Shown here: positions 8,275 to 14,799 of the stretch, piece by piece
How the letters are laid out: each line of letters begins with the position of its first letter
Numbering within the stretch: the first letter of the stretch is position 1
Virus record (IMG/VR): IMGVR_UViG_3300031183_000001
Origin: a virus
Reading direction: 5' to 3' (one strand)
DNA: 38,483 bases
Translations under genes and position numbers: made by a program
The notes under the pieces: model-generated
What the model saw: the letters and a program-made list of their open reading frames with translations, nothing else
Databases searched by the model: none
What the model was told of the DNA's origin: nothing

Positions 8275-8945
8275 CGGGCACCTCCCACACCCGGGCCGGT
8301 GATGACACCACGCGCCAGAACCAGGCCCTCGTCGTCGCAGAAGACCCTCGCCTCGCCCCAGGCGAGCTCGACCTCGACGTCGATGGGCTCGACGTCGAGC
8401 GCCAGGTCCACCTGGTCGAGCAGGTCCTGGATGCGTACGTAGATCTCCTCTGCGAGGTCGTGGGCGTCCAGGCCGCCCCCAGCAGGAATCTCGATCGGCC
8501 GGATCGCCGGCAGCAGGGCGACCAACGGCGAGCTGATGGCCGGGCAGCGCTCGCAGGTGCGCAGACCGGCCCGCCAGTCGGACGGGGCGACGGCGTGGCC
8601 GCACAGCCCGGCCACCATGCCCGGCCGCTGGCTGTGGGGCACCCCGCTCGCGAAGTCGACCACGTACACCGCCGGCGGCTGCTCGGCCGGGGTGTCGACG
8701 AGGCCGGCGCCGCGGATCGCCCCGGCCACCTGGGCGAGGGACAGCGGCGCCAGGGTGAGCTCCGTCCGGGTGCCGTCAGCGCTGGTCCGGGCGGCGATGA
8801 CCCCGCCGTCCGGGTGCGTCAGATCCCGGATGGTGTCATCGTCGGCGAGCGGGGTGCGGGTGGTGTACCGCCATCCGGCGGCGAGCAGGTCGCGGGCCAC
8901 CGCCACGGCGGCACTGACCTCACTGCCGGTAGGCTTGCTGGTCAT
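8271..8945 (-). CDS. Hypothetical protein, 224 aa
   Basis: ATG at 8945 with AAGGAG upstream. C-terminal part of track ORF 8271..9410. Confidence 0.75.
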   Translation of the reverse strand: MTSKPTGSEVSAAVAVARDLLAAGWRYTTRTPLADDDTIRDLTHPDGGVIAARTSADGTRTELTLAPLSLAQVAGAIRGAGLVDTPAEQPPAVYVVDFASGVPHSQRPGMVAGLCGHAVAPSDWRAGLRTCERCPAISSPLVALLPAIRPIEIPAGGGLDAHDLAEEIYVRIQDLLDQVDLALDVEPIDVEVELAWGEARVFCDDEGLVLARGVITGPGVGGAR

Positions 8946-9019
8946 CTGGACTCCTTCGGATGCGATGGGGTAAGGGGTCTGGATGTGAGCCCTCGCCGTG
9001 CCGGGCGGGGGCTCGTCTG

Positions 9020-9277
9020 TCACGCGGCCCGGGCGGCGGCGCCACGGCGGCGACGGCGGGCGAGCCGGGCCTTCGCCTCGGCGAGGTCCCGGGCGCGTCG
9101 GCTCTCGACGGTGTGGGCGGCCAGGAACGCCGTCAGTTGGTCGTCGGTGAGGTATCGACGCTTGCCGATGCGGATGTGGTCGAACTCCCGCCGGCATGCC
9201 CGCTCCATCAGGGAGCGGAGAGGGATCGAGTACGTTGAGGCCACCTCGGACAGGGGATGGAGCCGGGGCAGGGTCAT
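9020..9277 (-). CDS. Small HTH DNA-binding protein (excisionase/MerR-like), 85 aa
   Basis: ATG at 9277 overlaps the upstream stop, with GAGGAG upstream. Contains LSEVASTYSIPLRSLMERACRREFDHIRIGKRRYL. Confidence 0.75.
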   Translation of the reverse strand: MTLPRLHPLSEVASTYSIPLRSLMERACRREFDHIRIGKRRYLTDDQLTAFLAAHTVESRRARDLAEAKARLARRRRRGAAARAA

Positions 9278-9480
9278 CACTTCTCCTCGGACGCGGTGAC
9301 GGGGACGGGGCACGCCTTGACGGTGTGGCGCGCGATGTAGTCGCACAGGCTGTCGCGCGTGATCCGGATCGGCCCGTTGCGGCCGGGGCCCTTGATGGCG
9401 ACCAGCTCACCCGCAGCGACGTAGCGACCGACGCTCCAGCGAGAGATCCGCAGATAGTCGGCTACCTCAGCGACGGTCAT
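9277..9480 (-). CDS. Excisionase-family HTH protein, 67 aa (Xis and/or Cro-like first gene of the leftward operon)
   Basis: MTVAEVADYLRISRWSVGRYVAAGELVAIKG...IRITRDSL matches the excisionase-type HTH pattern. Divergent from the repressor gene. Confidence 0.8.
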   Translation of the reverse strand: MTVAEVADYLRISRWSVGRYVAAGELVAIKGPGRNGPIRITRDSLCDYIARHTVKACPVPVTASEEK

Positions 9481-9663
9481 GAGCTCCACGCGACGCCTCC
9501 TGCAACGAGTTGCAACGTGATGTGCGGACAACACACTAACTCGCGTGGCATCGCGTTGCAACTCGTCTCATGACGAGACATCACGTCGCGTGATGATGCG
9601 ACTTGCAGCGCATTGCGAGACGGAACTATGTCCGGATCGTGTGATCGTGCTACAACGTGCTAC
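9481..9663. promoter_or_regulatory. Divergent switch region with several inverted and direct repeats (candidate operators)
   Basis: ACGAGTTGCAACG 9505-9517 pairs with CGTTGCAACTCGT 9554-9566. GTCTC-N5-GAGAC at 9565-9579. CATCACG-TCG-CGTGATG at 9579-9595, plus an extra CGTGATG at 9516-9522. Confidence 0.7.
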
Positions 9664-10077
9664 ATGACAGACGAGACGCCGGGCGTCGCGTACGACCTGT
9701 GGTTGCGCGTGCGCGCCGAGCAGGCATCCCGGGGCTGGACCGACGTCGAGCTACAGCGCCGATCGGGCATCCCACGGGGCACGGTCGACCGCCTACGGCG
9801 CGGCAAACGGGTACCCCAGGCACGGGTCGTCAACGCGCTGGCTGATGCGCTCGGAATCCCCCGCGCCGAGGCGGCCCGGCTCGCCGGGCTCGTCCCCGAA
9901 GGGCCAGCACCGGCGGCCGGCCAGGTCTCCGTGCGAGAGGCGATCCAACAGGATCCGACCTACACTGATGATGAACGCGCGGTCCTGCTGGCCCTGGTCG
10001 ACCTCATCGATCGGGCAGCAGCCCGTCGGCGTCGACGCCAGAAGGATGACGACGGCGACGACGAGGAAGCGGCCTAG
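9664..10077 (+). CDS. XRE-family HTH transcriptional regulator, candidate prophage repressor, 137 aa
   Basis: The HTH region reads WTDVELQRRSGIPRGTVDRLRRGKRVPQARVVNALADALG. Divergent from the lytic operon and adjacent to the integrase. The start is ambiguous (ATG 9664, ATG 9628 or TTG 9613). Confidence 0.8.
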   Translation: MTDETPGVAYDLWLRVRAEQASRGWTDVELQRRSGIPRGTVDRLRRGKRVPQARVVNALADALGIPRAEAARLAGLVPEGPAPAAGQVSVREAIQQDPTYTDDERAVLLALVDLIDRAAARRRRRQKDDDGDDEEAA

Positions 10078-11408
10078 TCGTCCTGGCTGATGGCGTCGTC
10101 GAGCGCGGTGATCACCGCGTCCTCGGCCGCCGGCATCAGGTCCCCGTAGATCTCGCTGGTGGTCGAGAGCTGTGCATGCCCGAGCCGGCGGGAGATAGCT
10201 AGGGGCGTGACGCGGGGATCGCTGAACAACCAGGCCGCGTGCGAGTGCCGCAGATCATGGGGTGTCGGCCGGCGGCGGAGCACCCCGGGACAGTCACAGG
10301 TGGACACCGCGGCCGGATCAGGGCCCATGTGAGCGTGGCAGCGAGTCATCCCGGCCGCGGTGATGGCGCCGCACGGCTCACCATGGTCGTTGGTGCCGCC
10401 GTAGTCGCGGCAGCGGCGGCGGCCCGGCTCAGCCCGGGGGACGCCCCGGTTCGGCGGCGGATGCGCCGGGCAGCGCATGGCGCGGATGACCGCCGGGTCC
10501 CAGTGCCGGAGCCGCCAGTTCCGGTAGTGGATCATGCCGCCGTTGGTCGCTCTGATCAGGAGCGCGTCGGCCGGTTGGCCCTCGACGAGCGGCCGGAGCG
10601 TCTCGTACAGGGCGTCGCTGATCGCGATCTCGCGGCGGCGTCGGCCCTTGGTGGTGCCCAGGTAGAGGCCGCCCCTGCCGTCCCGTTTCCAGGCCCGCCA
10701 GATCCTGACCTTCGCCCTGGAGGTGCCCGTCGGTGGCACGATGTGCCCCACGCTGAGCGCGACCGCCTCGGACCAGCGTGCACCCGTGCCGGCCAGCAGC
10801 TCGACCAGCGGACGATCCGCCGGGTCGACCGCCGCCAGCAACACCCGGTACTCCTCATGAGTAAGCCTCACCTGGCCGGGCTCGCCGGTGTCGTCGTGCT
10901 CGGTCAGGTCGCGGATCCAGTCGGTGCGCGTCACCGGGTTGTCGTCGATGAGCCGCTCGTGCACCGCCGCCCGGAACAGGGCATGCAACAGGGTGTAGTA
11001 GCGTGTCACGGATGTCGACCGGAGCCCGTCGGCGCGCAATCTGTTGAGAAAAGTGCCGATCTCGGTCGGGGTGACCCGGTCCAACCTCCTGTCGCCGATC
11101 GCGGGGTAGATGCGGTTGGCAAGCTGGGCCGCGTACCCGGCCCTGGTACCGGGGGTGATCCTCGTCTTGGCGGCCAGCCAGCGCTCGGCCCACTCGCGGA
11201 CGGTGGGCACCGTGGTGGTGTCCTCGTCGACGTCGAGGACGCCCATGGCGGCGTAGAGCTGGTCGGCTGTGATCTGGTGCCGGTGCGCCTCGGCGATGTC
11301 CCGGGCCTGCGCGGCGAGGTCCGCGGTGGGCCAGCTTGTGTACTGCTTGACGCCGTCGCGGCGCCAGACGACGCGCCAGGATCCGCCCCGCTGCTCGATC
11401 GATGCCAC
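10074..11408 (-). CDS. int: Tyrosine integrase, 444 aa, with a Cys/His-rich insertion in the catalytic domain
   Basis: Catalytic residues are readable: R in TGARWSE, H-x-x-R in HDLRHSH, H in LGHAQ, Y in EIYGDL. GTG start at 11408. The attP core lies about 135 bp upstream. Confidence 0.92.
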   Translation of the reverse strand: MASIEQRGGSWRVVWRRDGVKQYTSWPTADLAAQARDIAEAHRHQITADQLYAAMGVLDVDEDTTTVPTVREWAERWLAAKTRITPGTRAGYAAQLANRIYPAIGDRRLDRVTPTEIGTFLNRLRADGLRSTSVTRYYTLLHALFRAAVHERLIDDNPVTRTDWIRDLTEHDDTGEPGQVRLTHEEYRVLLAAVDPADRPLVELLAGTGARWSEAVALSVGHIVPPTGTSRAKVRIWRAWKRDGRGGLYLGTTKGRRRREIAISDALYETLRPLVEGQPADALLIRATNGGMIHYRNWRLRHWDPAVIRAMRCPAHPPPNRGVPRAEPGRRRCRDYGGTNDHGEPCGAITAAGMTRCHAHMGPDPAAVSTCDCPGVLRRRPTPHDLRHSHAAWLFSDPRVTPLAISRRLGHAQLSTTSEIYGDLMPAAEDAVITALDDAISQDD

Positions 11409-11421
11409 GCCGCGAGGCTAC

Positions 11422-11439
11422 GTCCCCATGGGGACAGAC
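11422..11439. repeat. 14-bp perfect palindrome GTCCCCATGGGGAC overlapping a GGGGACAGAC copy (candidate arm-type Int site)
   Basis: GGGGACAGAC at 11430-11439 recurs at 11658-11667 on the other side of the attP core. Confidence 0.5.
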
Positions 11440-11543
11440 GCCAGGGGCTTCAGCGCGTTTCCTGGTGACTGATCGTGCGATCCGCACATCAATTTCGGGG
11501 CAGATCCGGACATCCCGAGGTAGGGGCAACCGGTCGCAGCGGC

Positions 11544-11587
11544 CTTTTAATCAGCGGGTTCAGGGTTCGAGTCCCTGGCGGCCCACC
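11544..11587 (+). other. attP core: 3' half of a tRNA-Lys(UUU) gene, from anticodon loop to acceptor end; not an intact tRNA
   Basis: Parts in order: loop CTTTTAA, 3' anticodon stem TCAGC, variable GGGTT, T-arm CAGGG-TTCGAGT-CCCTG, acceptor GCGGCCC, discriminator A, then CC. No matching 5' acceptor strand or D-arm upstream. Confidence 0.8.
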
Positions 11588-11604
11588 GCCGTCACCAGGG
11601 CAAA

Positions 11605-11633
11605 CGCCCCGCCGGAGCGGGTCCGGCGGGGCG
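11605..11633 (-). terminator. Hairpin terminator downstream of the 11670..11954 gene
   Basis: CGCCCCGCCGGA-GCGGG-TCCGGCGGGGCG, a 12-bp stem. On the minus strand it is followed by TTTG. Confidence 0.6.
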
Positions 11634-11646
11634 CTACTCATCGTGT

Positions 11647-11667
11647 GGGGACACTTTGGGGACAGAC
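11647..11667. repeat. GGGGACAC / GGGGACAGAC direct repeats (candidate arm-type Int sites)
   Basis: GGGGACAC at 11647-11654 and GGGGACAGAC at 11658-11667; the latter is identical to 11430-11439. Confidence 0.5.
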
Positions 11668-11669
11668 CC

Positions 11670-11954
11670 CTACTCATCGCCGATGGCGCGTAGCGCCTGG
11701 GCCAGCCGGTCGACCGTCGTGGCCACGCCGTCCCGGTACGTGCCGCAGCAGTGAGCGACCGCCCTGACCACGATCGCCCCGATGATGGTGCACCCGCCGA
11801 GGATGATGACGGCCGTCGCGCCGGCGCCGGCCAGAGCAGTCGCCATCCTGGCGTGTCCGGCCTGCCAGGCCGCGACGCCCAGAGCGCCGAGCACCACCAC
11901 CCCGATCAAGGCTGCTGCACCGCCCGCGACGATCCACGCCCTTGTGGTTCTCAT
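11670..11954 (-). CDS. Small integral membrane protein, 94 aa, with 2-3 predicted TM helices
   Basis: Track ORF with ATG at 11954. Hydrophobic runs AWIVAGGAAALIGVVVLGALGVAAW and GATAVIILGGCTIIGAIVV. Confidence 0.7.
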   Translation of the reverse strand: MRTTRAWIVAGGAAALIGVVVLGALGVAAWQAGHARMATALAGAGATAVIILGGCTIIGAIVVRAVAHCCGTYRDGVATTVDRLAQALRAIGDE

Positions 11955-11983
11955 GACCCCGTCCGCCTAGGTTAGGTTTGCCT

Positions 11984-12022
11984 TCCTTCTTGCGATCTGC
12001 GAGTTGCAGATCGCAAGAAGGA
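11984..12022. repeat. 17-bp perfect inverted repeat with a 5-nt loop (hairpin or operator)
   Basis: TCCTTCTTGCGATCTGC-GAGTT-GCAGATCGCAAGAAGGA, located 30 bp upstream of the 11954 start codon. Confidence 0.85.
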
Positions 12023-12420
12023 GTCGATACAACATCCACACCTTACATTCCGGGTACCGGACAATCGTCTATCTAGGACCGTACGCTCGGCTAATAGCTG
12101 GCGGTAATCGGGTCATGATATCCGCGCCACGGTGGGTGATCTACGCAGCCAGGATCATGCGGGTGCAACCACTGTTGGTGGTCCAAATAGGACGCATAAA
12201 TCGATATCAGTCATATTCCTAGCTGTCCGACTCTGCGGATGGTGCAATTTCGCCATGTGGTGAAAGTCGGATTCCCGTCGCCTATGTGTGGGTGGAGGAG
12301 GCCGGGTGACGAAGCCGCCTCCTCCATGTCCCATCCAGCAGCGGCCTACTCCGTGGCCAGGCCGCACCACCAGTATCGACGGTCACCCAGGGGCAGCCGC
12401 TACCCTGGGGGTGTGCCAGA

Positions 12421-12435
12421 TTGGCACCGTGCCAA
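12421..12435. promoter_or_regulatory. Palindrome TTGGCACCGTGCCAA, candidate operator 5 bp upstream of the RBS of the WhiJ-like gene
   Basis: Perfect 15-bp palindrome. An identical copy lies at 13629-13643. Confidence 0.65.
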
Positions 12436-12454
12436 CAGCAGGGAGGTGCTAGAG

Positions 12455-13324
12455 ATGGCCGCGGTGAGCCCCCTCGCCCGCCGGCTCCGTCTCGGCGCCG
12501 AGATCCGACGACTGCGCGAGCAGCGCGGCATGACCGGCGCCGAGCTGGGCAAGGCCGCCGGCCTCGACAGGACCGCGATCAGCAAGATTGAGAACGGAGA
12601 GAGGCGACCCCTACCTGCGCTACTCCGAATCCTCGACGTCCTCGTCGACCAGGGCCCGGAGTACACCGGGCTGCTCCAAGTGGCCCGCGACGGCCTGGAG
12701 CGGGGCTGGTGGCAACAGCCGGCGTACGCCCGGATGGGCGAGCGGCAGGCACGGACCGCGGATCTGGAGTGCGGCAGCATCGCGATCAGCACCTACCAGA
12801 GCGCGATGCTGCCGGGTCTACTCCAGACCGAGGCGTACGCACGGCATCGCGCCGATCTGGCGATCGCTGGCGGCGCCGACATCGACCTGGATGGCTCCAC
12901 CGTCGGCCGCCTACGCCGCCAGCACGAGATCCTCGGCCCGGACGGGCCGACCTACGACGTCGTCCTAGAGCCGCAAGCCATCTGGCGGGCGCCCGTCCCG
13001 CCAGCGGTCATGGCCGAGCAACTCAAACACCTGCTCGACCTGATCACGACGCGACCGGGCCTGCGAGTCCGCGTGCTCCCGGTTGACGCCCGGGTCAACA
13101 CCGGATACGTGCCACGTAGCCCGTTCGTGGTCTACCGCTACCCCGACCCGGCCGACCTCACCCTGGTCGCCGTCGACACGGTGTCGACCGACCTGCTGGT
13201 GACCGAGCCGGCCGAGTCGGAGCGGTACGCGCAGATGCACCAGCAACTGTGCGCCGCCGCACTCTCCGAGGAGGAGAGTGCGGGTCTCATCCAGCAGGCG
13301 GCCGATGCGATGGCCGCCATGTAA
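12455..13324 (+). CDS. WhiJ-type XRE HTH regulator with DUF5753-like C-terminal domain, 289 aa
   Basis: ATG at 12455 with GGGAGG 8 nt upstream. HTH reads MTGAELGKAAGLDRTAISKIENGERRP. Hallmark motif LPGLLQTEAYARH. Confidence 0.88.
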   Translation: MAAVSPLARRLRLGAEIRRLREQRGMTGAELGKAAGLDRTAISKIENGERRPLPALLRILDVLVDQGPEYTGLLQVARDGLERGWWQQPAYARMGERQARTADLECGSIAISTYQSAMLPGLLQTEAYARHRADLAIAGGADIDLDGSTVGRLRRQHEILGPDGPTYDVVLEPQAIWRAPVPPAVMAEQLKHLLDLITTRPGLRVRVLPVDARVNTGYVPRSPFVVYRYPDPADLTLVAVDTVSTDLLVTEPAESERYAQMHQQLCAAALSEEESAGLIQQAADAMAAM

Positions 13325-13334
13325 GGAGGTCCCC

Positions 13335-13532
13335 GTGGAGTACAAGCCGTTCCGCAAGTCCAGCCGTAGCGATGCTGGTCAGGACTGCGTCGAGGTTGCC
13401 GACGCTGTCGACGGCAGCGCCGTCCTCGTCCGCGACAGCAAGGACCCGTCCGGCCCGGTGCTGAACTTCGGGTCGGTGTCCTGGTCGGCATTCGTCGACG
13501 CGGTCAAGGCCAAGGCTGGTCGCCTGGCCTGA
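13335..13532 (+). CDS. DUF397-family small protein, 65 aa
   Basis: GTG at 13335 with AAGGAGG upstream. Hallmark FRKSSRS...QDCVEVA...VLVRDSKDPSGPVLNF...W..F. Confidence 0.88.
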   Translation: MEYKPFRKSSRSDAGQDCVEVADAVDGSAVLVRDSKDPSGPVLNFGSVSWSAFVDAVKAKAGRLA

Positions 13533-13554
13533 CCTGACCTGTTCCTCACCTGGA

Positions 13555-13581
13555 GGGCCGGCAGCGGGATGCTGCCGGCCC
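13555..13581 (+). terminator. Hairpin terminator after the DUF397 gene
   Basis: GGGCCGGCAGC-GGGAT-GCTGCCGGCCC, an 11-bp stem. Confidence 0.6.
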
Positions 13582-13628
13582 TCGTCATGTTCGCTCCGTG
13601 ATTGCGGAGTGTCCTCTTGTGACATTGG

Positions 13629-13686
13629 TTGGCACCGTGCCAAGCTGGCACCGTGCTTCGGCACGGTGCCGGACCGGCACGGTGCA
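13629..13686. promoter_or_regulatory. Cluster of four GGCAC(C/G)GTGCC palindromic sites
   Basis: Sites at 13631-13641, 13647-13657, 13660-13670 and 13676-13686. The middle two also form GGCACCGTGC-TTCG-GCACGGTGCC. Confidence 0.7.
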
Positions 13687-13857
13687 AGGCGCACCGCTGG
13701 GCGCGGTAACACGGAGATCCCTTTGTGTTGACCACGCGCTCGGCACCCCAGGCGCCGCCTCGTCGCCTCCACGGGGCGGCGCCCCAGACCGGGTGTGGTG
13801 GTCGGAGCATGGACGGGCCCGGCCACCACGCCCCCGCCCGGACCAGGGGGTTGCGAG

Positions 13858-14028
13858 ATGGGCGCACGACACGAACACGAGGTCCGCAAGCGACAGCAGG
13901 CTGCCAGCGCCGGCCAGCAGCGGGACCAGAACGGCGACCAGGACGACGACCAGGACCGGGCACTGCTCGACCGGCTCGCCGACCGGTGGGGGCTCCCACA
14001 GGACGGGGGTCAGCGGTGCCCCCGCTGA
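13858..14028 (+). CDS. Small acidic/polar hypothetical protein, 56 aa
   Basis: ATG at 13858 within track ORF 13795..14028. Plausible amino-acid composition (MGARHEHEVRKRQQAASAGQQRDQNGDQDDDQDRALLDRLADRWGL...). Confidence 0.45.
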   Translation: MGARHEHEVRKRQQAASAGQQRDQNGDQDDDQDRALLDRLADRWGLPQDGGQRCPR

Positions 14029-14312
14029 CTCGCGCGCCTCGACCGGGCGACGTGCTCCGGGTGGCCAGAGCCGCGTCCGTCCAGTTCAGCGGTGACCGGG
14101 CACTCCGCTTCCGGGTCATCCGGGTGCATGACTGGACCACGTACCGGGGCTGGTGTTGGCTCGACGGCTACGTGCTCGACCGGCATGGTGAGGCGGTGGA
14201 CCGGCGGACGATCTACGTGCAGCCGGCAGGGCTGTGGCTGCTGGAGCCGCGGCAGGTGCCGGTACAGCGGCGGCCGGTCGGGGCCCGACGGCCGGCCGTG
14301 CGGCGCGCCTGA
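14016..14312 (+). CDS. Hypothetical protein, about 98 aa
   Basis: Only the C-terminal part of track ORF 13725..14312 looks protein-like (VQFSGDRALRFRVIRVHDWTTYRGWCWLDGYVLDRHGEAVDRRTIYVQPAGLWLLEP). The GTG at 14016 is a guess. Confidence 0.5.
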   Translation: MPPLTRAPRPGDVLRVARAASVQFSGDRALRFRVIRVHDWTTYRGWCWLDGYVLDRHGEAVDRRTIYVQPAGLWLLEPRQVPVQRRPVGARRPAVRRA

Positions 14313-14321
14313 CGGGCGCGC

Positions 14322-14397
14322 GGTGGCCCCGGCTGCCGGCACAGCCGGGGCCACCCCACGACGAACGGCCCCGGCCTCCTGTGTGGAGGCCGGGGCC
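14322..14397. terminator. Two strong hairpins between convergent genes (likely bidirectional terminators)
   Basis: GGTGGCCCCGGCTG-CCGGCA-CAGCCGGGGCCACC at 14322-14355. GGCCCCGGCCTCC-TGTGT-GGAGGCCGGGGCC at 14367-14397. Confidence 0.7.
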
Positions 14398-14470
14398 GGT
14401 GGACCGTCTGGGCCTACCCGGGTGAGGGCCGCGCCGAGCTGGGCATCCCGCAGGACGGCTGTCCAGCCTG

Positions 14471-14692
14471 TCATGCCGGCGAAGAACCAGCCTGCCGGAC
14501 GACCCAGGACCGTCGTAGCTGGTAGATACGCCTGCGCGCCAGCGGCTTGATCCTCCACCCCTCGCCCTCGGCGCCCCACACCTGGGCACGCCGATCCTCA
14601 TCGGCCAGCGAGCGTTGGATGGTGCGCGCGGAGACCTCCAGCAGCTTCGCCGCCTGGGCGACGCTTATCCACTCGCCATTGCCGCTGGTCAT
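14471..14692 (-). CDS. Small HTH DNA-binding protein, 73 aa, divergent from the translocase operon (Kor-like candidate)
   Basis: ATG at 14692 with GGGGGGAG upstream. Contains ISVAQAAKLLEVSARTIQRSL. Confidence 0.75.
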   Translation of the reverse strand: MTSGNGEWISVAQAAKLLEVSARTIQRSLADEDRRAQVWGAEGEGWRIKPLARRRIYQLRRSWVVRQAGSSPA

Positions 14693-14758
14693 GTCTCCCC
14701 CCGGGTCGCAGTCCACCACCGGATGATCCCACGACGGTCACGACACATCACGCTATGG

Positions 14759-14799
14759 CATGTCGCGACAGTTGCGCCAAACGCGACTGTCGCGACATG
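14759..14799. promoter_or_regulatory. Twin palindromes TGTCGCGACA within a 14-bp inverted repeat (candidate operators)
   Basis: CATGTCGCGACAGT at 14759-14772 and ACTGTCGCGACATG at 14786-14799, separated by a 13-bp spacer. The right arm overlaps the ATG at 14797. Confidence 0.7.

Noticed and set aside
11505-11587. An intact tRNA gene next to the integrase.
   Set aside because: Only positions from about 32 to 73+CC are present. The upstream sequence has no strand complementary to the acceptor GCGGCCC, no D-arm, and only 3 of 5 matches for the 5' anticodon stem. It is an attP core, not a functional tRNA.
12004-12222. A 72-aa plus-strand ORF (and 12155..12370 on the minus strand) in the low-G+C intergenic tract.
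   Set aside because: There is no RBS, third-position G+C is low compared with real genes here, and the composition is odd. The region is treated as non-coding.
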